Shown here: positions 51,998 to 61,155 of the stretch, piece after piece
How positions within the stretch are numbered: the stretch's first letter is position 1
Layout of the letters: each line of letters opens with the position of its first letter
Origin: Candidatus Poribacteria bacterium
GTDB taxonomy: Bacteria > Poribacteria > WGA-4E > WGA-3G
NCBI GenBank assembly: GCA_963663765.2
Contig: CAXXUA010000005.1
Location: 1,600,001-1,664,000, forward strand
Length of the DNA: 64,000 nucleotides
Direction: 5' to 3'
Translations under genes and position numbers: made by a program
The notes under the pieces: model-generated
Seen by the model: the letters and a program-made list of their open reading frames with translations, nothing else
Database searches by the model: none
What the model was told of the DNA's origin: nothing

Positions 51998-52027
51998 ATT
52001 ATACATGCATTTATGAAGAAATGTCAA
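51998..52027 (-). promoter_or_regulatory. Sigma70 promoter of the Rpn gene (probably leaderless)
   Basis: TTGACA-18 nt-TATAAT ending 6 nt before ATG 51991. Confidence 0.6.
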
Positions 52028-52046
52028 GATGTTTATAAGTATCCAC

Positions 52047-52166
52047 AAGGATATTCAGTTTTCCTAATTTTTGGATTTTTCAAAAAAGAAACCCCGCGGT
52101 AGGAGCGACCTCCCGGTCGCGATTTTCTCACAAAAATGTGAAAAATGGTTAAAACTGAATAACCCT
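52047..52166. mobile_element. MITE-A with GTAGGAGCGACCTCCCGGTCGCG REP
   Basis: AGGATATTCAGTTTT...AAAACTGAATAACCCT; AAGTATC near both flanks; same family as the copy starting at 10052. Confidence 0.8.
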
Positions 52167-52281
52167 AAAGTATCTAGGCGTATTTAATTTGCTTTATTTG
52201 TGATCCGTCGGATAGAACTTGAGGATAATCGGAAACTATTAGCACACTCAGTAATCCGCATCAACTGAAAACTCTTCTAAC

Positions 52282-52377
52282 TACAGCGTATCTCATAAAT
52301 GCATATTTGTTCAAATTCAGCTGATCGAGTGTCCAGTAAATTGAGGTTAGAAACCCCGATTTATGAGATAGGTTGTA
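52282..52377. mobile_element. MITE-F (IS5-type ends)
   Basis: TACAGCGTATCTCATAAAT...ATTTATGAGATAGGTTGTA. Confidence 0.8.
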
Positions 52378-52553
52378 AATTACTCAAAGAGTGAATAGGA
52401 TCCCCAACTGCCAGAACAGACCTTGAAAGGATGTTATGTAGTGTTTTGGGTTGAAAATATGGCATCCTTAAGAATATGTTGCATTAATTGCATTATAATT
52501 TCGTGTTTTTGAAAAACATTATATTAAAAACCTTCGCGAAAAAGGAGGGTTAG

Positions 52554-52890
52554 ATGCGGTTGTCACAAGAGGTTATTGCTGATCTGGTTGTGTTGCTTAG
52601 GCGCACTTCTGTGAGTTTGGCATGTGAAGAAGCGGGAGTGAGTGTTGGTTCGTATTATCGTTGGCATTGGGAGTCTCGTAAGCTATCTCGTCGGCGTGTT
52701 CCGAATTCCGTTGATATACACCTTATGAGTGTTTGCTTCGTGAGTTCGGCAGGCGGACTCGTGCGTCTCGTAAGTATTATTTGTTGTGTAAGCGTGTAGT
52801 GCGTGTGAAAAAAGGAGTGGTACGAAAACGTAGTGTGAAGTTGGAAAGTAGAGCGGATGTCAATAATCGTAAACGGGTTCACGAACTTTG
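52554..52890 (+). pseudogene. Frameshifted HTH-containing gene, cut by the IS5 end
   Basis: SD AAGGAGG; SVSLACEEAGVSVGSYYRW HTH-like; continues in another frame after ~52715. Confidence 0.45.
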
Positions 52891-52901
52891 TACAGCGTAT
52901 C

Positions 52902-53435
52902 TCATAAATATTTTAGCGACATACGTATGCAAGCAAGAAGTACAAAACCTAAATAATTTTCAGCGTAGTATTCCCATCGAACAACTAAACGCCGATAATC
53001 CTCTAACCAACTGAAAAATCTTTCTACTTTGAAACGACGCTTATACCGTCGTAAACGCCGACCATCCTGTGTAGCCTGTTTCGGACGATTCTTTTTATGA
53101 GGTGCTACCATTTCAATACCACGTTCCCTCAAAGAAGCATCTAAAGGATCGGAGTCATAAGCTTTGTCCCCAATCAACACTGCGGGGTTTTCGGATGTCC
53201 AACACGCATCCAATGCCGGTTCAACCAAGCGCACTTCATGACAAGAAGCCGTTGTAATCAGAACACTCACAGGTCTACCAGACTTTTCTGTAATCGCTAC
53301 CAGTTTTGTCCCTTTGCCGCACTTCGTTGGACCAACACAAGTGCCTCCTTTCTTGGCAGGAACGAATTTCGCATCAATACAACACTCACTCATATTTATA
53401 TTTTTTCGTTTTTCAAGCATTTCTGTGAGTGCCAA
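52902..53435 (-). pseudogene. IS5-family (IS427-like) transposase, N-terminally truncated
   Basis: IDAKFVPAKKGG, GKGTK, GDKAYDS and VERFFSWL..YRRL motifs. Confidence 0.8.
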
Positions 53436-53767
53436 ATGAGTCTATAGTGTTGATTTACCATTGCTCTGTGATATTGTTAGAATTACATAAATAAAAATAA
53501 CTTCAGGTTTTCGTTGAAGTATTTTTAATTATCATAGCGTCTAATTTGACGATAGAATCTGACAGAATAATTTATATGCACAATCTGGATGAATGTGCTA
53601 CAACTGACCACACAATCTGGATGAAGATTAATTTATTAATCGGGTAATAAATATTTTTCAGATGGTAGGCGGGGAATGCCTAAAGAAGCATGCGCGTATG
53701 GCATGCTCCATGATTCATACCGTTGATTTGGTGGTTTGTAAGCGCGCTCTTGGGACTTGATGTGCCA

Positions 53768-54293
53768 GCGCGCTTACAAAGCACGCCTGCAGTTGGGGGC
53801 GCGCTTACAAACCACGCCCGCAGTTGGGGGCGCGCTTACAAACCACGCCCGCAGTTGGGGGCGCGCTTACAAACCACGCCTGCAGTTGGGGGCGCGCTTA
53901 CAAAGCACGCCTGCAGTTGGGGGCGCGCTTACAAACCACGCCTGCAGTTGGGGGCGCGCTTACAAACCACATAGGTGTCAACTTAAGGATTTTACCTCTT
54001 GTGGGAGGGGTTTTCAACCCCGATTTTTTAGTGCATTTCCGCTCAAATCGGGGTTGAAAACCCCTCCCACAAGAGAAAATGCAAACAATATTTTCTTAAG
54101 TTGACACCTATGGGGGCGCGCTTACAAACCACGCCTGCAGTTGGGGGCGCGCTTACAAACCACGCCTGCAGTTGGGGGCGCGCTTACAAAGCACGCCTGC
54201 AGTTGGGGGCGCGCTTACAAACCACGCCTGCAGTTGGGGGCGCGCTTACAAACCACGCCTGCAGTTGGGGGCGCGCTTACAAACCACGCCTAC
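53768..54293. repeat. 31-bp tandem array (~13 units) of a REP arm, split by MITE-G
   Basis: GGGGGCGCGCTTACAAA(C/G)CACGCC(T/C)GCAGTT repeated with no unique spacers. Confidence 0.92.
53971..54111. mobile_element. MITE-G copy 1
   Basis: 17-bp perfect TIR ATAGGTGTCAACTTAAG; internal GTGGGAGGGGTTTTCAACCCCGATTT inverted pair. Confidence 0.85.
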
Positions 54294-54491
54294 CGTGGCC
54301 GGATTAGTAGAATTACCCAAAGTATTTTTTAATCTTCATGAAGATTGTGCTACAACTGACCGCACAATCTGGCAGAATGTCTATTATTGGCGAAGGTATT
54401 GATTTATGAGATACGCTCTAAATAACCGTGGTCATGAACAGGGGTCTGTAAAGTTTTGGTTACTGTGCGTAGGGGCGGGGTCTCCCCGCCC

Positions 54492-54631
54492 CATAGGCGT
54501 CAATTTAAGGATTTTGACCTCTTGTGGGAGGGGTTTTCAAACCCGATTTGACAGAAAATAAATATAAAATCGGGGTTGAAAACCCCTCCCACAAGAGAAA
54601 ATGCAACACTACTTCTTAAATTGACGCCTAT
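54492..54631. mobile_element. MITE-G copy 2
   Basis: TIR ATAGGCGTCAATTTAAG; flanked by 20-bp direct repeat GGGGCGGGGTCTCCCCGCCC. Confidence 0.85.
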
Positions 54632-54749
54632 GGGGCGGGGTCTCCCCGCCCGAACAGAGGTTGGACGCAGGCGAGGAAACCTCGCACCTACGATGTCCAC
54701 AGTTCCCTAACGTCAAGCAAGCTTTGATAGAAACTTTAGATACTTCTTT

Positions 54750-54954
54750 TATAGTGAAATATACAATTAAGTTTACACTTTTTCTGAAGGAGGGGAATGC
54801 CAATAGGCATTCATACCGTTGATTTGGAGGAATGCCAATAGGCATTCATACCGTTAATTTCGATCTCCGAATCGCGACTGAACGCCTCAATAGTCGGGAA
54901 TCGGAGTTCCCTCCTACACCTGAAAGTGCAAAAATAATTCTAAAATCTACTATA
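54750..54954. mobile_element. MITE-D copy 2 with tandem K (54793-54860)
   Basis: Near-identical to 34155-34324. Confidence 0.8.
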
Positions 54955-54996
54955 ATATCAGGGTTTCTACAAAAACTTTACACACCCCATGAAAAC

Positions 54997-55196
54997 AGGG
55001 TTATTTAGTTTTAAGAATTATCAGTTGATGGGTGTTACTTAAAGTTTGTATCGTAGGTCGGGTAGAGCGATAGCGAAACCCGACATGACAACTACAATCA
55101 ATACATGTCGGGTTTCGCTATCGCTCTACCCGACCTACGCATCTAATTCACGAATGTTATAAATATCTGCAAAATCTACTTAGAACTAAATAACCG
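54997..55196. mobile_element. MITE-A variant carrying a perfect GTAG REP doublet (55052-55139)
   Basis: AGGGTTATTTAGTT...AACTAAATAACCG; 36-bp perfect IR CGTAGGTCGGGTAGAGCGATAGCGAAACCCGACATG. Confidence 0.75.
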
Positions 55197-55328
55197 TGGT
55201 CATGAAAAGATTAAAGTTGACTTTTGGATAGAAAATCAATTATAATGGTCAAGCAAAAAATAACCTATTAAAATCTCAAACTGTTATAGGATAGAAGTAT
55301 TACAAACCTAACAACAGAAAGGAAAAAT

Positions 55329-56300
55329 ATGAAAGAGATTAAAATCGGCTTTATCGGTTCCGGTGGCAATGCCAATGGACACATGAATAGACTGTCAGAA
55401 ATGGAAGGCGCGAACGTTGTCGCAGTATGTGATATTGTACCTCAAAAGGCACAAAACGCAGCTGAAAAACACAACGCAGACCCATACACAGAACATCGTG
55501 CAATGTTAGAACGTGATGACCTTGATGCTATCTATCTCAGCCTACCTGTCTTCGTTCACGGACAACCTGAATTAGATGTCATCGAACGTGGTCTACCTTT
55601 CTTCGTTGAAAAACCTGTCGCTATCAACATGGACATTGCACGGGAAGTCGAAGCAGCAGTAACAAAAGCTGGACTGATAACCTGTGTCGGATACCAACTC
55701 CGCTACCTCGGTTCAACAAAGATAACACAGCAAATTCTAAGTGGAAAAACAATTAACATGGTCGTCGGTAAATATTGGTGTGGAACCGGACGCGGAAATC
55801 CTGAAGGTTGGCTACGTCAAATGAGCAAGTCCGGAGGACAATTGGTTGAACAAGCAACGCATACCGTTGATATGATGCGCAACCTAATAGGCGATGTAGA
55901 ATCTGTCTACGCAATGCAAGCAAACCGAATGCTAAAAGATATTGATTGTCCGGACAGCAATAGTGTAAGCATGCAATTCACCAACGGTGCCGTCGGGTCA
56001 TTGACCGCAGCATGGGCTTATACCGGCGGTTGGGACAATGCAAATGTCTTAGACATCTTATATGAAGGTGATTTGTTGAATTGGAACCCCGCAAGAGTCA
56101 ACGTCAAGGAAGATGGAAAATGGGTAGACAAGACAGAACCCAGTCCTTCAATAGACAAAGTCTTTGTCGATGCTGTCCGCAGCGACGACGACTCACAGAT
56201 ATTGAGTCCATACACTGATGCTGTCAAAACCCTTGCAATATCACTCGCAGCAAACCTTTCTGGTGTAGAAAAAAGACCTGTCCAAATTTCTTCGCTATAA
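55329..56300 (+). CDS. Gfo/Idh/MocA oxidoreductase
   Basis: IGFIGSG, VEKP and SGGQLVEQATH motifs. Confidence 0.9.
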   Translation: MKEIKIGFIGSGGNANGHMNRLSEMEGANVVAVCDIVPQKAQNAAEKHNADPYTEHRAMLERDDLDAIYLSLPVFVHGQPELDVIERGLPFFVEKPVAINMDIAREVEAAVTKAGLITCVGYQLRYLGSTKITQQILSGKTINMVVGKYWCGTGRGNPEGWLRQMSKSGGQLVEQATHTVDMMRNLIGDVESVYAMQANRMLKDIDCPDSNSVSMQFTNGAVGSLTAAWAYTGGWDNANVLDILYEGDLLNWNPARVNVKEDGKWVDKTEPSPSIDKVFVDAVRSDDDSQILSPYTDAVKTLAISLAANLSGVEKRPVQISSL

Positions 56301-56310
56301 GGAAAAAGGA

Positions 56311-57294
56311 ATGGCGAAAAAACATCGCGTGGCAATAGTCGGGTGCGGTGGTATCTCAAATGCACATGGTAACGCATGGCGTAATGTGCCAAAAATTGAG
56401 ATAGTCGGTGCATGTGATGAGAAATTTGATGCGCTAAAACGTTTCGCAACCGCATTCAACGTCAAAAACACATACAACGACCTCCGACAAATGTTGGAGA
56501 AACAAAAACCCGACATCCTTGTCATTGCAACATGGCCATCAAGCCACCTCAAAAATGTCCTTGAAGCAGTCCGTTGTGGTGTCAAGGGAATCCTCGTTGA
56601 AAAACCTATAGCAGTGAATACAACCCAATTTCAACAGATGATTACGGTAACAGAACGGGCAAACATATCCATAATGGAGGGTTTTATGTACCGACATCAT
56701 CCGTTGACATTAGCAGTCAAGCAAAAAATTGAGGAAGGTACTATCGGAGAAGTTCACTATGCGCGCGCCACCTTTTCAACAGGTCTCACAGATAGGAAAA
56801 ACTGGAGACTTAGAGGCGAACTCGGAGGCGGCGCGGTCATGGATTTAGGTTGCTACTGCATCAACATTATCCGTTATGTCATGGGACGAGAACCGCAATA
56901 CGCATGGGCAACAGGCAAATATGAACCCATCAACAACGTCTGGGAGACGCTCATCGGAACATTAGATTTCGGTGACGGTATCACTGGACAATTGGATTGC
57001 AGTTTCGGATGGACATGGCGGGAATGTTATGAAGTTGCTGGGACAACAGGCACTATCTTTGTCCAGTCAGCATGGGGAAACAGTGAGGGAGTGTCCCACT
57101 TTACCCTCAACGGTGAAACTGTCAGCATCACAGGTGTGAACCCTTATGCCACAGAGATTCTCAATCTTATAGACACAATAGAAAACAACACCACACTCCG
57201 TTTACCTATCACAGATGCACTGGGCAACATGCGCGCCATCGACGCACTACACGAATCCGCACACACAGGACAACGCATTCGTGTGTTGAATTAA
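56311..57294 (+). CDS. Gfo/Idh/MocA oxidoreductase
   Basis: VGCGGI, VEKP and GGGAVMDLGCY motifs. Confidence 0.9.
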   Translation: MAKKHRVAIVGCGGISNAHGNAWRNVPKIEIVGACDEKFDALKRFATAFNVKNTYNDLRQMLEKQKPDILVIATWPSSHLKNVLEAVRCGVKGILVEKPIAVNTTQFQQMITVTERANISIMEGFMYRHHPLTLAVKQKIEEGTIGEVHYARATFSTGLTDRKNWRLRGELGGGAVMDLGCYCINIIRYVMGREPQYAWATGKYEPINNVWETLIGTLDFGDGITGQLDCSFGWTWRECYEVAGTTGTIFVQSAWGNSEGVSHFTLNGETVSITGVNPYATEILNLIDTIENNTTLRLPITDALGNMRAIDALHESAHTGQRIRVLN

Positions 57295-57523
57295 CCTGCA
57301 ATTTCAAAATCACTTTGAAAACTGTACCTTTGATGAATGTCCCATACACATTCATATCGTTGATTCAATACCCCGTACTGTTTAATATTATGGTGCGTAA
57401 AGTATTGACTATAGTTTGGGCATATTCCGTTTGTTGCAAGTCGGTTTTCAAAGGTGTTTCTATTTTCTACGAGTTACGCATATTCGAGAAACTGGAGAAA
57501 ATACCGCACTCCAATGGTAGGCG

Positions 57524-57627
57524 GGGAATGCCAAAAGGCATTCATACCCGACGAATGCCATAGGCGCATTCGGCGTTGATTTGGGGGAATGCCAAAAGGC
57601 ATTCATACCGTTGATTTTTTGATTTGG
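57524..57627 (+). mobile_element. K1-K2-K1 micro-element concatemer inside REP GTAGGCG|TGCTTTG
   Basis: Removing it restores GTAGGCGTGCTTTGAAAGCGCGCTG (compare 771-795). Confidence 0.8.
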
Positions 57628-57781
57628 TGCTTTGAAAGCGCGCTGTTGGAACCCACATACCGCTCCAGCGGAGCGGAGTTGTCATTGACAATGTGCTATA
57701 GACAAATTGATAATAACTTAACAAGAAACAGATAGAAACTGTCCAAATTGCTACACTAATGCAACATTTAATTCTAAAAAT

Positions 57782-57810
57782 TTGATATACCGATTGAAAT
57801 GTGTTATAAT
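57782..57810 (+). promoter_or_regulatory. Sigma70 promoter of the rpsF operon
   Basis: TTGATA-17 nt-TATAAT with extended TG. Confidence 0.6.
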
Positions 57811-57874
57811 TATATGACGTTAAAATAATTAAGAAACAATTCTATCTGAGAGATAGGACGTGTTAAAAAATCAA

Positions 57875-57924
57875 TTCTCTGCTCCCTGATTCACACAGCG
57901 GAGCCGTGAGTCCAAAGAGAGGGT
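57875..57924 (+). ncRNA. Putative S6:S18 ribosomal protein leader
   Basis: CTCT/AGAG stem over the RBS, GCTCC/GGAGC inner stem followed by CCG, directly upstream of rpsF. Confidence 0.6.
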
Positions 57925-57929
57925 ATACA

Positions 57930-58346
57930 TTGAAACCTTACGAACTAATGCTTATTATCACTCCTGATCATGAGGAAAATGAAGCAGATGCACTCATTGA
58001 AAATGTCAAGGGTATAATTGAAAGTAGTGGAAATATCATCAATATTGATGTTTGGGGAAAAAGACGACTTACCTACCCAATACGGAAACGCAGCGAAGGT
58101 TACTACGTAGTCTATATATTTGAATGCGACCCAAGTTTCGTTGCGCAGTTGAACCAAGCACTCCGTGTTATTGAAGCAATTTTAAGACACATGATTGTGC
58201 TATATGAAGACGATGTCGAAAAGTTGAAAACAGCACAAACAGACGATGAATCGCCTGAAGTAAAAGACGATGAGACTACCGAAGATACAACAGAAACTTT
58301 AGAAGAACCATCGGATGCTGATGTAACTGCTGCAGAATCTGAATAA
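57930..58346 (+). CDS. rpsF: 30S ribosomal protein S6
   Basis: YELMLI and WGKRRLTYPI motifs; TTG start at 57930 chosen. Confidence 0.93.
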   Translation: MKPYELMLIITPDHEENEADALIENVKGIIESSGNIINIDVWGKRRLTYPIRKRSEGYYVVYIFECDPSFVAQLNQALRVIEAILRHMIVLYEDDVEKLKTAQTDDESPEVKDDETTEDTTETLEEPSDADVTAAESE

Positions 58347-58416
58347 AATACACATAATCATAAATCAGTGTCCTGTTAGTTTAATATCAGGACATCAATA
58401 GATAGAGGAGCATATC

Positions 58417-58911
58417 ATGGCAAGTTATAACAAAGTTATTTTGATTGGGAACCTAACTCGAGACCCAGAGATGAAATATCTACCGAGTGGAACCGCCGTT
58501 GCAAATTTTGGAATCGCTATGAATGAACGTTATACTGACAAACAGACTGGTGAACAAAGAGAATCTGCTTGTTTTGTTGATGTTGAGGCTTGGGACAGAC
58601 AAGCTGAAGTTGTTAATGAATACCTTAGCAAGGGTAGTCCTATCTTTCTTGAAGGAGCACTCAAATTTGATTCATGGGAAACTCCCGAAGGTGAAAAACG
58701 GAGTAGACTCAAAGTCCGCCTTTTAAGATTCCAATTTATCGGGGGTAGACAGGACGGAGATGAAGGCGGCGGTGGATATACACAAGCTACACCTCCAGAT
58801 ACCACACCCATGCAAGGACAATCTGATCAAGCGGCTGGTTCATCTGATCAAGCGGCTGGATCATCTGAGCCTCCAAGCGATACATCAACAGAGGATGATA
58901 TTCCGTTCTAA
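58417..58911 (+). CDS. ssb: Single-stranded DNA-binding protein
   Basis: NKVILIGNLTRDPE; C-terminal DDIPF. Confidence 0.97.
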   Translation: MASYNKVILIGNLTRDPEMKYLPSGTAVANFGIAMNERYTDKQTGEQRESACFVDVEAWDRQAEVVNEYLSKGSPIFLEGALKFDSWETPEGEKRSRLKVRLLRFQFIGGRQDGDEGGGGYTQATPPDTTPMQGQSDQAAGSSDQAAGSSEPPSDTSTEDDIPF

Positions 58912-58931
58912 TCGGAAGGAGATAATGAAAT

Positions 58932-59132
58932 ATGCAATATCGTAGAAGAAATCGTTACAGTAAGTTAGAATCCGTAGATTACAAAGATGTTGATACACTA
59001 AGGAAGTTTATCAACGAACGTGGAAAGATTGTAAGTCGACGTGTTTCTGGACTTTCAGCAAAACAACAAAGAATGATCACACGTGCAATCAAACGTGCAC
59101 GAAATATGGCATTATTACCATTTACGACTTAA
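58932..59132 (+). CDS. rpsR: 30S ribosomal protein S18
   Basis: DYKD, GKI.SRR and AIKRAR..ALLP motifs. Confidence 0.95.
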   Translation: MQYRRRNRYSKLESVDYKDVDTLRKFINERGKIVSRRVSGLSAKQQRMITRAIKRARNMALLPFTT

Positions 59133-59204
59133 ATCTTGGACATATAAATTAGAATGTAGTGCTCTTTCTGAGATGACTATCTCAAAGATTTCTGCATTAC
59201 TTGG

Positions 59205-59666
59205 ATGGAGAATATGGAAGTCATACTAAAAAAGAGCGTTGAAGGATTGGGATCCTCAGGAGATGTGCTAAATGTAGCAGATGGTTTTGCACGTAACTAC
59301 CTTCTGCCGAAACAATTAGCGGTACATGCAACGGAGCGAAATCGTAAATTCCTTGAACATCAAATACGCGTGATTGACCAGCAAGAATCAAAAGATAGGG
59401 ACCACGCACGAGAAATTGCCGCACAAATTGTTGATGTCACATGTCATCTCACAAGACGGGCAGGAGAAAATGACAGACTTTTCGGTTCTGTAACACCCGC
59501 AGATATCGTTGAGTCGTTACGGGCAGCGGCTAACATTGAATTAGATAGACGCTACATCGAACTCTCTGAACCGATTCGCGAACTTGGTGCGTTTACAGTC
59601 ACCGTGAAACTACATACAGATGTGACAACGGAACTACGCGTCGTAGTTGAAAGGGAAGAAACATAA
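59205..59666 (+). CDS. rplI: 50S ribosomal protein L9
   Basis: GFARNYLLP, LFGSVT and PIRELG motifs. Confidence 0.95.
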   Translation: MENMEVILKKSVEGLGSSGDVLNVADGFARNYLLPKQLAVHATERNRKFLEHQIRVIDQQESKDRDHAREIAAQIVDVTCHLTRRAGENDRLFGSVTPADIVESLRAAANIELDRRYIELSEPIRELGAFTVTVKLHTDVTTELRVVVEREET

Positions 59667-59735
59667 GTCCTTTTCTATAAAGGCTATTCCATCATTGGAC
59701 ATTTTGGTGGGGCAGTTATCGGAGGTGGAAGTGTC

Positions 59736-61076
59736 ATGCAAACACCAACATTCGATTCCCTTATGGACAAAGAAGCTGAACAGGCAGTGCTTGGGTCAAT
59801 GATGACAGAAAAGTCCATTATCCCACATATTGAAGCACTGTTAGGTCCCACGTCCGATGCGTTTTTCACAACTGACCACCAGTTAATCTATAATGCAATT
59901 CTTTCTGTATTTGGTCGTGATAATAACGCCGACCCGATTCTTGTCGCTAATGAATTAAATCGAACTCAACAATTGAACAGAGTTGGTGGAGCTGACTACC
60001 TATATGAACTGCAAGCACCAATTGTTGAAACGGAAAGTGCTGAGTTCTATGCCGAAATTGTACGTGAAAAAGCAACACGCCGCAGGTTAATTCGAGCTAC
60101 CGATCAAATTCGTAATTACGCACAAGATGAAAGTATTGAGATTGGCGAAGTCCTCAACCTATCACAAGAGGAAGTTTTTGAATTAGGAAAAAGCGACGCA
60201 AAACGCGGGTTTACTCCTATTAAAACACTGCTAAAGGAAGGACTTAACGCGGTAGAAAAACTCTTTAAGAATCAGGAACGGTTCTTAGGCATCCCAACAG
60301 GTTTCATAGATTTTGATTACATGACATCCGGATTGCAAGCAGGAAATCTAATCATCATTGCTGCACGTCCAAGCATGGGAAAAACGACGCTTGTGCTAAA
60401 CATGGCACAAAACATTGCACTTGAACAGGACCGTCCCGTAGCAATCTTTAGTCTTGAAATGCCTGCACAAGATATTGCATTACGCATGTTGTCATCTATC
60501 ACAAGATTTGATTTCGGTAAGTTGCGTGCAGGCAATTTTGACGAAGAATTCTGGACACCCTTAAGTCAAAGTGTTAGCCGTCTCGGTGCAGCCCCTATCT
60601 TCATCAACGACAATCGCGCCTTGACCGTGCAAGGATTACTCGCTGAAGGGAGACGATTAAAAAGCGAACATGAAAACTTGTCTCTGATCATCGTTGACTA
60701 CTTACAATTGCTGCGAGGTACAAGCCGTTATAATGCACGTGAGCAAGAGATTTCTGAAATTTCACGCGCACTCAAAATACTTGCTTGGGAATTGAATGTT
60801 CCTGTCATAGCATGCTCTCAGCTCAGCAGAGAAGTTGAACGCCGCCCCAACAAACAACCACAACTCTCTGATCTACGGGAATCTGGCGCAATTGAACAAG
60901 ATGCCGACTTGGTCGCTTTCCTATACAGGGAAGACTATTACGACGAAGAAAGTGATTACACCGACGAAAATGTTGAAGCAAATATATTGATAAAAAAACA
61001 GAGAAACGGTCCTACAGGAACAATTGTTCTACACTTTTACAAAAAACAAATGCGTTTTGAGAATGTCAGTCAATAA
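59736..61076 (+). CDS. dnaB: Replicative DNA helicase
   Basis: AARPSMGKT, VDYLQL, SQLSR and DLRESGAIEQDAD motifs; no intein. Confidence 0.97.
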   Translation: MQTPTFDSLMDKEAEQAVLGSMMTEKSIIPHIEALLGPTSDAFFTTDHQLIYNAILSVFGRDNNADPILVANELNRTQQLNRVGGADYLYELQAPIVETESAEFYAEIVREKATRRRLIRATDQIRNYAQDESIEIGEVLNLSQEEVFELGKSDAKRGFTPIKTLLKEGLNAVEKLFKNQERFLGIPTGFIDFDYMTSGLQAGNLIIIAARPSMGKTTLVLNMAQNIALEQDRPVAIFSLEMPAQDIALRMLSSITRFDFGKLRAGNFDEEFWTPLSQSVSRLGAAPIFINDNRALTVQGLLAEGRRLKSEHENLSLIIVDYLQLLRGTSRYNAREQEISEISRALKILAWELNVPVIACSQLSREVERRPNKQPQLSDLRESGAIEQDADLVAFLYREDYYDEESDYTDENVEANILIKKQRNGPTGTIVLHFYKKQMRFENVSQ

Positions 61077-61155
61077 GAATTATTTCAAAATCAGATACGA
61101 CAAATTCAAATTATGCATAACACGTAATTCATGAAATTGGTTTTATGAACTTTGA

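Larger units (their letters stand above)
53621..54339. mobile_element. Expanded MITE-B containing K (53672-53731), a 31-bp array and MITE-G
   Basis: ATGAAGATTAAT...TTAATCTTCAT ends. Confidence 0.75.
52891..54420 (-). mobile_element. Decayed IS5-family element with nested MITEs
   Basis: TIRs TACAGCGTATCTCATAAAT / ATTTATGAGATACGCTCTA. Confidence 0.75.
54441..54988. mobile_element. Composite MITE-C containing REPs, MITE-G and MITE-D
   Basis: GGGGTCTGTAAAGTTTT...AAAACTTTACACACCCC. Confidence 0.7.

Noticed and set aside
53768-54293. Possible CRISPR array
   Set aside because: The units are contiguous 31-bp tandem repeats with no unique spacers, and there are no cas genes in the window.
53723-54402. 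Short ORFs with repeated WGRAYK/LGARLQ peptides
   Set aside because: Translation artefacts of the 31-bp array.
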